Positions 14,130 to 24,975 of a stretch of 64,000 nt of DNA are shown one piece after another; positions within the stretch are counted from its first letter, which is position 1; each line of letters opens with the position of its first letter. The notes below the pieces were generated by a model, which saw only the letters and a list, made by a program, of their open reading frames with translations, did not search any database and was not told the origin of the DNA. The stretch is taken from the NCBI GenBank assembly GCA_028023455.1, contig JAQFVV010000007.1, positions 7,874,001 through 7,938,000 on the forward strand, in the 5' to 3' direction. The position numbers and the translations under genes are program-made. The stretch comes from Epiperipatus broadwayi. Its lineage: Eukaryota; Animalia; Onychophora.

Positions 14130-14765
14130 ATGACACTTTTAAAAAAATAATAATCAACTTTTGAGCACCCTAATCTCTTATTCTGACTGGACAACCATCA
14201 AGTACCCATATGAATAAATGGTCTTTATTTCATGCATAGTTTTTTTATTACTTGAGACACAACAGTTCTCCATTACAACCTTAACCTTGACAATAATAAA
14301 TGTAATTTTGTAGAAATATCAATCTAATTCAGTAAAGAACTTTTCTGTTTCCCTGGGTAATGAAGATTTTGTTGAAGAATAATTGTGCAGTGGGTAGACT
14401 AATTTCTGTATGCACAACACCAATACATAATACAGAACAAAAAGACGTTTTTAGTTTCATCTTATAACCATGAAAATCTTCATTATAAAATATATTACAA
14501 TATTTTAATATGTGGAAATATTCGTTATATTTTCATAAAAGAAATATTATTGCGAGATGTCAATAGACGGTAATTAATAAAATCGGTAAACTGTAAATGT
14601 TTTTTTTTTTTTGTATTCAGAAGTGTATAACTTCTAAATGCAATCTCTTGGTATTATATAAAGTCTAAAGCATTACAGTATTTATTTATGGCTTAAGGAA
14701 AGAAATCTAATAATCTTTCACAACTCGTTATAAATAATAGACTGTTACACCTATGAGTTAGATGT

Positions 14766-15003
14766 TATAAATTAACAATTTTTAGCAGATGTAATTGTTT
14801 AAATATTTTACCATGTGGAAATACCCGACATATTCTTGTATAAGAAATATCACCAACACAAGTTCGTAGACATTAATGAAAATGATGCACTGTAAATGCT
14901 TTCTACATTCAAAAGTGTATGCTTTTAAATTCTTGGTGTTATATAGAAACTAAAGGGCAACAGTATTTAAACAATTACATCTGTTAAAAATTATTAATTT
15001 ATA
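14766..15003. mobile_element. MITE-like element with 40-bp terminal inverted repeats in a TA context
   Basis: 14766-14805 is the reverse complement of 14964-15003 with 2 mismatches. Confidence 0.65.
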
Positions 15004-15014
15004 TATATAGGCAA

Positions 15015-15095
15015 TTAGAGAGATTTGAACTCCGAATTTTTCAGTCTATTGATCCTCCATTTCATCTGAAACAGCCAATACACATGACTATATAT
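15015..15095 (-). repeat. Short fragment of the H1 unit (no ribozyme)
   Basis: gatttgaactc...ttttcagtctatt...acacatgac matches 19271-19340. Confidence 0.55.
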
Positions 15096-16044
15096 ATATA
15101 TTATCTTCACTAAAGCAAATTATGCTATTTGTGATTTGCTTTTATTAATACATATATCATTAAAATCCAGTTAAGAATTAGACAATCCCAATAGTAATAA
15201 CAATCAACAATTTTAAAGTGTTTTCAAGGCTGCCATTCTTTTAACAATAAAGATGAAATTTCCTAAATAGTCAATTATATATATATATATATATACAAGC
15301 AAATAATTCTCATAGCTGCGGGTAAATAAAATTTGTTTAGATATTGAAAGCTGGATTTTAATTTTAAAAAATGTGAAGGTTGATGCTAGACTATTACCAT
15401 AATATAGAATTAGTGAGAGTTTTTGAAAAAATACTGAGTATCAGTCCTCTACAATGAAAAATTTCTAAGATCAGCAACAAAAGAATTCTGTTCAGTGTTC
15501 CTAGAAAGTTCCCAATTCATAGCTCTAGAAATATCTCTGCAGAAATCGGCTGCTAATATTTCAATGAAATCTCGCTCATCCTTGCCAAGATCATATTGTC
15601 TTACAAAACTATGGCATCTCAAATAATAAAAAGATTGTGTATAAACTAAAATATTTTCAAGAGATATTCTATCAAGGATTTATTCAATCATAGCAAGAGA
15701 ATGGTTAGCAAAATTTCCTGCACTTTATTTTATGATTAACTGACTTTTTAAAACTATTATTGGAGGATGAAAAAATAATGTCACCATAAGGCAGAAACGT
15801 GTTGAATTTCCTCATATTTGTTTAAATTGCTTGGTCTTTTCGAATTTCAATCGACTCTCTCATATCAATAATTTTTATTAGTCATCCATTAGATAAGAGA
15901 TTATCCAATAATGAATAATATTTTTGTAAATTTTCGCTATACGATTCTCATGCAAGGTCGAGACTGGTTTCTATCCACTTTTAACACTCTGTGGAGTGAC
16001 ATCATCATAAACCTATGATCAAAGACACATGAAGAAATAGTATA

Positions 16045-16097
16045 ATCTCCAAGATGCACATTTTGGGCTGAACCAGCACTCATGAGTTGGCCCTGAT
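16045..16097 (-). ncRNA. Degenerate type I hammerhead (H1-type core, UC site)
   Basis: CCAA-CTCATGA-GTGCTGGTTCAGCCC-AAAA-TGTGCA-TC-TTGG. Confidence 0.6.
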
Positions 16098-16419
16098 GAC
16101 AAAACTCTTACACACATCTTTATCATTGTTTAGCATATATAGATGGCAAATTACTGTAATTTAGTAGATATATCAAACTTGCTGCCCTCACAACTTTGAC
16201 ACAAACCACTAAGTGGAAATGCATTAACAAGTTTTTATCAGTTATTCATTTGCTAGAGATTATCCAAAAACAAATAGTATTTATGTAGTGTAATTTTTTT
16301 CTGCATTACTCTCATCCAAGATAAGAACTGGTTTCTATCAACTTTAAATAACACTTTATGGAGGAATGTAATCATAAACTTATGACCAAAGACTTGTAAA
16401 AAAGACACCTGATCTCCAA

Positions 16420-16472
16420 GATCCAAGAGTACACATTTCATACTACAGCAGCACTCATCAATTGGCCCAATC
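16420..16472 (-). ncRNA. Type I hammerhead variant (C3U)
   Basis: CCAA-TTGATGA-GTGCTG-CTG-TAGTAT-GAAA-TGTGTAC-TC-TTGG. Confidence 0.65.
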
Positions 16473-16779
16473 CACAAACTGTCACACATATATTTATAGT
16501 TATATTTATATGTTTGTATTATGTTGTAGTTCTGAAGAAGATTGCTGGGGCAATCAGAATTATAAATGTAAAAGTGGGTGGAAAATAAAGCATTGTGTAA
16601 CAGTAGTAAAGTGCATGGATGATTTAGTATTATATGGTGTATGAATTGAAGTATGAGACACTCTTAAACCTGGAGCCTAATTGTAAATATAGGAATTTGA
16701 ACTCAGACTGTAATCCCTTTCACTAGCCACACTATCTCATGCAACTGATACACATGACCACACACATGCAGAAAAAAAA

Positions 16780-16833
16780 ATCACCAATATACATATTTCA
16801 TGCTAAACCAACACTCATCAGTTAATCCAGATT
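16780..16833 (-). ncRNA. Type I hammerhead ribozyme H1, core intact
   Basis: AATC-TGGA-TTAA-CTGATGA-GTGTTGGTTTAGCAT-GAAA-TATGTA-TA|TTGG-T-GATT; predicted AUA cleavage between 16788 and 16787. Confidence 0.8.
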
Positions 16834-17251
16834 AACATCTCCCATATATATATATATAATCAGTGCTCAGTCTATATTAAGATAGCAAATCCTTACACTT
16901 TAATGGGAAGGCCTCAACCTACTCCAACCTCCAACTTTTCAACCATCCATACCATTGAAAATCTGATGATAGAATTCCAAAATCCCATACTGTAGCCAAT
17001 ATTGTTATCATGCCCATGTTGATCTGAAGTCACTCTACCCTTCATGTATAGGACAGCATCCATTTAAATACATAGACGAGGGATGGGCAGAATGCAGGCT
17101 TAATATGTAAGGTTTGAAGTACCAGGAACTCTTTAACCTGGAGTCTAATTATAAATATAGAGAATTTGAATTCAGACTTTCAAACCCTTTCACTATTCAC
17201 ACTATCTCATACTACTGATACACATGACCACACACATGCAAAAAGATAAAT

Positions 17252-17305
17252 AATCACCAATATATGTATTTTGTGCTAAACCAGCACTTATAAGTTGGTC
17301 CAGAT
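17252..17305 (-). ncRNA. Inactivated H1 hammerhead
   Basis: CCAA-CTTATAA-GTGCTGGTTTAGCAC-AAAA-TACATATA-TTGG. Confidence 0.65.
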
Positions 17306-17879
17306 TACCATATCCCATACATATATATAATCAGTGCTCAGTCTATATTAAGATAGCAAATCCTTACACTTTAATGGACAGGCTTCAACCTACTCCAGCC
17401 TCCATCTCTTTAGCCATCCAAACCATTGAAAATCTGATGATAGAATTTCCAAATCCCATGCTGATGCCAATATTGTTGTCATGCCCATGTTGACTGGAAG
17501 GCATTTTGATAGTATGTCTAGTGAAAGGGCTTGAAAGTCTGAGTTCAAATGTCATATATTTACAATTAGGCTCCAGGTTTAAGAGTGCCTGGTACTTCAA
17601 ATCTTACATATTAAGCCTGCATTTTGCCTATCCCTCTTTTATGTATTTAAATGGATGTTGTACTATACATGAGGGGTCAGAGCAACTTCAGGTCAACATG
17701 GGCATGATAACAATATTGGCATCATCATGGGATTTCAAAATTCTATCATCAGATTTTCAATGGTATGGATGGCTGAAGAGTTGGAGGTTGGAGTAGGTTG
17801 AATCCTGTCCATTAAAGTGTAAGTATTTGCTATCTTAATACAGACTGAGCACTGATTATATATATGTATGGGAGATGCT

Positions 17880-17933
17880 AATCTGGAACAATTGGTGAGT
17901 GATGGTTTAGCACAAAATAGGTTATTGGTGATT
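17880..17933 (+). ncRNA. Inactivated H1 hammerhead
   Basis: ACAA-TTGGTGA-GTGATGGTTTAGCAC-AAAA-TAGGTTA-TTGG. Confidence 0.6.
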
Positions 17934-18667
17934 ATCTATCTTTTTTGCATGTGTGTGGTCATAGAGATAGTATGGATAGTGAAAGAGCTTGAAAGTCTGA
18001 GTTCAAGTCCCCTATATTTATTATATGGTGTACATATCTTAATCATTGTTCAGTATATATAAATAGCAAACTGCATAAAAGTGATATAATGAAAATTACA
18101 CTGTAAAACTGTTTGATTCTTTCAAAGTTTATAAATCAATCTAGTTAATATTTCAGTGTTATCCAAAATCAGAAGTGTGGACATTAACTAAAATATATGA
18201 TGCAGAACTGATGTATTTTACTAGGGACAAAAAGCTACTTAGATTTATATGTATCTAAAATCCCAAGCATTTTGTCGGTAGAAAGGTGTCTTCTGATCTT
18301 ATCAGTAATTCTTTAACTCAAATCAGAATTAGGCAACATTTAAAGATTTTCATTTTGCTACCTTTTTCCTATAGTATAAAACTAGAAAGAGTAGCTGATT
18401 GTGAGATAAGTTCATCAATTAGAGTACATGGTATTTTTAATCACTGTTATTTCTTTGCCAAGATTATCTATTAGACAACTATTAAACTTTGATCAAATAA
18501 GTTTTAGCTTAATAAAAGATGGAACAGAATGATAGTGGGATTTAAAAATGAGAAAACAATTTATGCATACATTTTCTTTAAAAAAGAAAGAGGCCTGCAA
18601 GAATTTGAAATGAATGTTATCCTGTACATTAGTATATTTTATTAGTCAATCACTAGACTAGAGATCG

Positions 18668-18860
18668 TTCAATAATGAATAACATTTCTGTAATGCAATT
18701 TTCACCACTCTCTCACAAGGTAGGCACTGGTTTCTATCCACTTTTAGGTTTTTAATATACCATGGAGGGATGGAATCAAACCTATGACCAAAGACATCTG
18801 ATAAAGATCTATGAGTGGTGTAGCAATAATTACATTACAAAAATATTATTCATTATTGAA
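18668..18860. mobile_element. Short foldback or MITE-like element sharing the H3 body
   Basis: 33-bp inverted repeats 18668-18700 / 18828-18860 (3 mismatches); interior actggtttctatcc...cctatgaccaaagac. Confidence 0.7.
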
Positions 18861-19270
18861 TGTTATCATGTAATTGGATATTACAAAATTACTTAAATTT
18901 GCAGTTATAATCTTCTCTTCATATAAAGATTCACTCCTATTGTTAGAATATCATAGCTGCGGTTTATTTATAAATTTATTGCAAGCAGAATAAATTTGTT
19001 AATAATTTAGGCTCTGTAACTCTAAGTAGTACTTACTAGTAATTGTTACAATAGTTTGTTATGAAGTTTGTATATAATAAATATCTGCCTGGCTTGATTT
19101 AATGTAGTGGGAAATGGTCCTAACCTGGAGAATAAGGGATCAATTCCACTGTTACGTTACTGTTGCTTGAACTTCTTATAAATTATCAAGCAATAAAGTC
19201 AATCAAATATTTAATTTTATTTAATAAATGCCAAATACTGTCATGCATTGGTTTAATATATATGAAAATA

Positions 19271-19575
19271 GATTTGATATTCAGGATTTTCAGTCTATTC
19301 ACCCTCCACTCTATCTCAAGCAATCTTCCACATGACCACACACATGCAAAAAATACATAATCGCCAATATACATATTTTGTGCACAACCAGCACACTCAT
19401 CAGTTGGCCAGATCATAATTTCTCACACATATATACAATCAGTGCTGATTCTGCACAAAATACATATATTAGGAATCATGTATCTTTTTTGCATGTGTAT
19501 GGTCATGTGCAGCATTTGCTTGAGATAGAGTAGAGGATGATTAAACTAAAAAATACTGAGTTCAAATTCCTCTAT
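19271..19575. mobile_element. Short foldback H1 element D
   Basis: Antisense arm 19271-19437 with HHR (19359-19414; CTGATGA intact, GAAA>AAAA); sense arm 19438-19575 begins inside stem II of a truncated HHR. Confidence 0.75.
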
Positions 19576-20290
19576 GTATGTATATAGAAAACATTCAGCA
19601 TAAGCAAATGACATACTGGTTTAGAATTATATATACATATCTTTACCATTGTGCATATAAACACTGTGTTCAACAAAGGCCCTGAAAAACAAATATATAA
19701 CGTACATTCTAATTCTTACATCTCTAATAAGCAATATTCTGTAATCCTATTACAAATAATATTCCTAAAACTTGGGAAAAATACAACCTGTCATTTTTAT
19801 TAAACATCTATCTATCAGTTTGTCACTTTAAAATGGAAAATTCAACCATTAAAGCGATAACAAAAGATTACTTGACTAATTCTGGTATCAAAATTGGTCC
19901 ATAAAAAAAAAAAAAAACGGTAAACGAAAAAAAGAATTTCAGGAAGCCATCACTGAGTAAATAAGAGAAGAAAACAAAATTTTCACATCTTTATTTGAAA
20001 GAGAGAGTGATTTGGAGGATTAAGAAAGTGCTTCCATTTTCGTTACACTCGCTGAGAAAAATGTTATTTCAATCATAACCCACCAGCAAACAAACAATCA
20101 ATAAAAATCCGTTTTATATATATTGGCCAAAACAATTTGTTCTAAAAAAGTTTTCCAAAAATACAAAACTTATAACTAGCAGAAAACTTTCCACCTATCA
20201 TTTTTTTTCAAAAAAGTCTACGCTAACCCTTAATATGACAGTGTGTACAAACATTTTTGAAACATGGGAATAAAAAATATTTATGAATTA

Positions 20291-20459
20291 TAATTTTCCC
20301 TACACCACTCTCACACGAAGTACGAACTGGTTTCTATCCGCTTTTAATATTTTGTTGAGGGGTGTAATCATAAACATATAACCAAAGATATGTGAAATAG
20401 ATGTTAAAATTAATCTAAACTAATCCTTAACTTGCGTGAGAATGGTGTAGTGAAAATTA
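20291..20459. mobile_element. Short foldback or MITE-like element sharing the H3 body
   Basis: ~30-bp inverted repeats 20291-20321 / 20430-20459; same interior as 18668-18860. Confidence 0.7.
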
Positions 20460-20939
20460 CGCTACAGAAATATTATTCATTAAGCGAATTATATCTAGTC
20501 TAAAGAATGACTAATAAAAATTATTAATATGTGAATAAAAGTATCTGATACATTTAATAAAAAAAAGTTTTAACTGAGTTGTCGTTTATATCTGGACTAG
20601 GGATAATTCCTAATCTAATAAATGATTAATAAAACAATTAATGTATAATAACAATGTATTTATCTCAAACGGATGGTGCTAAAATTGTGCGTGCAAAAAG
20701 TATAATATTTGTAAGTCAAATTGTAATATATATATATATGAAAAACATAATGTCATCCTGAATAGCATTTTACAATTACAATTTTTTTTTTAAAAAGTTT
20801 TATTAAAATCTTTCAGAAGGAATGACCATCTTTCTATAATTTATATATGTTGACACAAATATATAGTTTACATAATAAATTGTACACCATATGTAATATA
20901 TCTATTGAAAAAAATATTTATCATTTACTCAAACATTCA

Positions 20940-21357
20940 TTCTGCCTTATCAGGCAACTTTGAAGAAAGACCATGGTATTTCTTGATCTTAAACTCAGAG
21001 ATAAGTATGGAGAGATGCATGTTGGGAGTAACAAGAAGAGATCAAAAATGCAATATATGCGCAATAATATGGTTAAGAGAACAAACAGGTGTTACTGACC
21101 TCATTAAAAAAATTAAAAGACTAAAGTGGAGTTGGGCTAAACATATTGCTAGAAGAGATGATAATAGATGGACAATTGAAATCTTAAAGTGGATTCCAAT
21201 AGATTGTAAAAGACCCAGAAAGAGACCACATGTGAAATGGATGGAAGAAATAAAAAAGTGTGCAGGGGTGATGTGGAGAAGAAAAGCTAAAGATCAGAGA
21301 AGACAAATTGAATTTGAAAAGACCACCCCAAAGTGCTTGATAATGTTTGATGATGAC
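20940..21357 (+). mobile_element. RTE-clade LINE 3' fragment
   Basis: MERCMLGVTRRDQK...IWLREQTGVTDLIKKIKRLKWSWAKHIARRDDNRWT...WIP...KRPRKRP..KW, the typical RTE RT C-terminus; gatgat tail. Confidence 0.85.
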
Positions 21358-24300
21358 ACCATATTTACAAATACGCCTCTTGCTCCCAGATATAAAATAA
21401 GAATATTATCACAAAAAAACTTTTTCTGTAAATAATACTTTTGAAAATACAGATGCAAATCTATCTATAGAATAGCATAAAAGAACATATAATCAGTGAA
21501 TCAGGAAGCCAAATGACATTTGACTTTTGAAGTAACAGTATAAAAACAATAGCTCCATTAGTAATCCATTAATCTGATATATACATAATGCCTTTGCAAA
21601 CGGGATCATTACAGGAACTTTTAATTCTTGAGTTCTCTATTCTCTCTATCAAGATGAACAGGAAAATACAGAAATCCTTTTAAAATAGAGTTTTTGAGAT
21701 TTACAGTTATTAAAACATCTATTAAGAGTTATATTAATGGACAAATGTAAAGGTGTAATTGTATTTAATTACTGCATGATATATATGCTAATTATTACTG
21801 GAAAATGGCTGCACATTGAAGTTATTAACCCAAGCCTTGCAATGGATAATGATTACTTTGTTAGTTCTTTGAAACACAATGACATTATAATCAAATTAGA
21901 ATACATCAGTTTACCACAATTTTTTAATGTTAATCTTTAATGAGAATGAATGCACTAGAGTTGTATTTGAATATTGGCCCTGAATGTATTGTGAAATAAA
22001 ATGTCTATAATAGACCACATAGAAGTGTGACAAAAATTCAAAAGACTTTGAAGAAAAAGCCAAATAATATTTTCTGTAACTTTTAACTGTAATTAATTAT
22101 CCCTAGCAATAACTACATTAAAGTCATAAAAAAAGGTTTATTGATATTGATAAATTAAGAACCCAGAATCAATTTCAAATATCATTACATTCCAATAATA
22201 AAAAGAGCCAAGACAAAAGTCATTCCTTAAAAAAATGACACCAATAACCACCTATTCAATTAAATTTTCTTTAAAAATTTATGTTAAGAACAGCACCATG
22301 ACAAGTATCTAACCTTTGAAAAGTCAACATCATTTTCCACAAGACAGAAAATATATGCTTGTTTAAATACTGTTTATTAATTATTCACAATTAAGAATCA
22401 TAAGGCTGGTCTTAGCTCAGAACCTTATAGGCAAATACTTTTTTATTTGACAATGACTGCATAACTGCATTAAACATATGTGAATAATAGGCTGGCTTTA
22501 GTATTATATACAAATGACTTGTCTTTAGAAACCATGGTTTCCCAGAAATTACCATTGCAGATACTAAACGGGGTCTAACAATGTTTAATTTCTATAATCA
22601 CACACAAAAAGCTTGTATTTAATATAATAATTAAGATGACTATTTTCTTTTATTTAAATCTTAAGGAAAAAATCTTACATATGCACTATAATGATCTTAC
22701 AAATTTAGATGATTTAACAAACAAACAGAGACACTATCAGTTTTCTACTAATAGCGAAAAAGACCTCCATCACTTTACTATGCTAGTTTAGCTTGAACAA
22801 TGAAAAAGCATGACATCATAACTTCAAATCTAACTAGTTTGTCCATAAGTAAACAAATAATTTACTCTAATAATATAACAACCATTTAATTTCACTGCAT
22901 ATTTTCCTAAATACCTACAAGATATCATAATGTATTCAGTGCCATGGTTCACATGTCACAGCCATCTATATAACAATTTAACTTTCTTAGACAAAGTAAA
23001 GTCATGTTCCAAGACATGTTCTATAATATAATTTAAAATACAAATAAAACAGAAATCTTAATATTTAAAGATTATGCTATAAAATAAGGAATCATAAAAA
23101 TATATTTAATCACTTCAAAGTAAAAGTTATATTCTATCTCCATTGTACTTGAATATCACATCATTACACCATAAAAACAATTTAATAAGACAGTTGATAA
23201 ACATTTACAATACATTAAAGATAATTTAGTGAAAAAAACTGTCAATATTTAGTTCATCAACTACAATAGAACTTATAGTTGAGGATTAAGATTCCATTCT
23301 GTAGGCTCTGCTATAAATCATTTCATACTATCCAGATATAATGTATATAATTTTAGATGTTAAAATTCAATATATACTGCAAATTGATGCTTCAGTGAAA
23401 TAAATATTTCAGATATTTTACTGACTTTAAAACAAAATAAAAGTACAACCTTGATTTAGAAATAAATATTTTTCACTGTATAGTATGATTATTTTGATGT
23501 TCTATTTCTCAGATACACTTTTGACAAATATGGAGTGTCCCAAACAAATATACTGTTTTTCTGTCCATGTTTCCTGCAGCAACATTCAAAATTAGCACTT
23601 ATGCCATGTAGCAATATAATTAAGCAATTCATTACACAAATTTGAAGATAGTTGTATATCTGGATGATGACTTGTGATAGAGGATGTGACAATGTGTTTC
23701 ATACTTAATTACATTAGAACAACATACAAACATTAGCTTTTGTTGTAAATTGGAAAAGTCCTACTGGAAAGTGTGAAATGATTCAAACTGTATGACACAA
23801 GGACATGAGTTGCAAGAATATTGTAACTCATGAATGAGACATGTGAATGCCTTAATATTTTTGCAATGAATAAACTGTGTCACTATATAATACATGCACT
23901 AATTCAGAGATGAAACTGCAGGCAGCTTGGAAAAAACTAATCTTTTATTAACTAGGTCACACTGTAAGGCTTTTAAATGGCATACTTTTTCTTACATTTT
24001 GAATGTTCCCAATTGAGATAAATAAATCAATCCATTTTCATTTGTAAAAAAATAATGCAAAATTGAAATATACCAAAGGGTAGTGAGTTATTTTTCAATT
24101 GTATTTCTGCTCAATTATGAATTTTCAAGTTTTTTTTTTTTTTGGCTTTCATCAATGCACTCTTTATCTCAGTATGCTATAACCATTCACCACTATGAGA
24201 AACTCAGATTCCTCCATTCTTACTATGCTTGCATTTCATGAACAATATGCAATTATATGGTAAATTTGGTATATCGCACACCTAACACAATGCTCGTATT

Positions 24301-24592
24301 GAGAGCACATATTTTTCCATTATCTATAAAAATAGGAACTTTATTCTATTGTTTTGTTAACTATTTGCTTACTACAAATAATTCATTGATAATCTGCCAT
24401 GTGTATTTTGGTGTAGTGGAGACTTTGATCACAGATCAGTCATACTATTTCAGATACTCAGACTTTTTATGAATGCCTGAGAAATAAACACATTTGAATA
24501 TCTATGCATTAATATGCTCCTTGGTAATAACTCATAAATGCAAAGGGCCATTCTAGTTCCAGGAAGCAAAAAAGTAATGATTCAAAGACAAT

Positions 24593-24975
24593 ATCATCAT
24601 CATCATAATAATAATTTTCAACCATAATCAAACAGGATGAAGGTCTATTCAAGTTCAATCTATCTTCATCAATATCTAGCCTCTCTTCTCTAATTCACCA
24701 CCACACACTTTCCTTATTTCATCCATCTCAGACATGATCTCTTTCTAAGTCTTTTACAAAATCTTGGAATCCAGTTTAAGATTTTGAATGTCTATCTATC
24801 TATTATCATGTCTTCAAACAATATGTCCAGCACAACTCCACTTCAGTCTCTTAGTTCTTTTAATTATATCAGTAATCTGTTTGTTGTCTAACCCATGTAT
24901 TTCATTTTTCATCTATGCTTGTTATTCTTAACATACATCTCTTCATATAAAACATTAAAGTTCTGTGATGACTAT
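24593..24975 (-). mobile_element. RTE-clade LINE 3' fragment (same family)
   Basis: Nucleotide match to 55925-56300 (ttggaatccagtttaagattt, atgtccagc.caactccacttca); (GAT)n tail at ~24595. Confidence 0.85.

Larger units (their letters stand above)
15895..16480 (-). mobile_element. Tandem ~365-bp HHR-bearing unit (family H3), about 1.6 copies
   Basis: actggtttctatc at 15963 and 16327; an HHR motif in each copy (16045-16097 and 16420-16472, minus strand); body shared with 18668-18860 and 20291-20459. Confidence 0.7.
16642..18018. mobile_element. Foldback HHR element A: ~1.8 antisense H1 units joined head-to-head to ~1.1 sense units, with a 14-bp TSD
   Basis: ~470-bp tandem period (HHR ccaa at 16784 and 17257); 17506-18018 is inverted; TATTATATGGTGTA at 16628-16641 and 18019-18032. 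Confidence 0.85.

Noticed and set aside
17765-17815. Second sense-strand HHR-like core in H1 (CTGAAGA...GAAGCCTGTC)
   Set aside because: The consensus has GAAG rather than GAAA, stem II is unpaired and stem I is poor; only the 55690 copy reads GAAAC.
20320-20350. GAAACCAGT(C) in the H3/MITE interior resembling the H2 3' half
   Set aside because: No CTGANGA upstream in any of the four copies.
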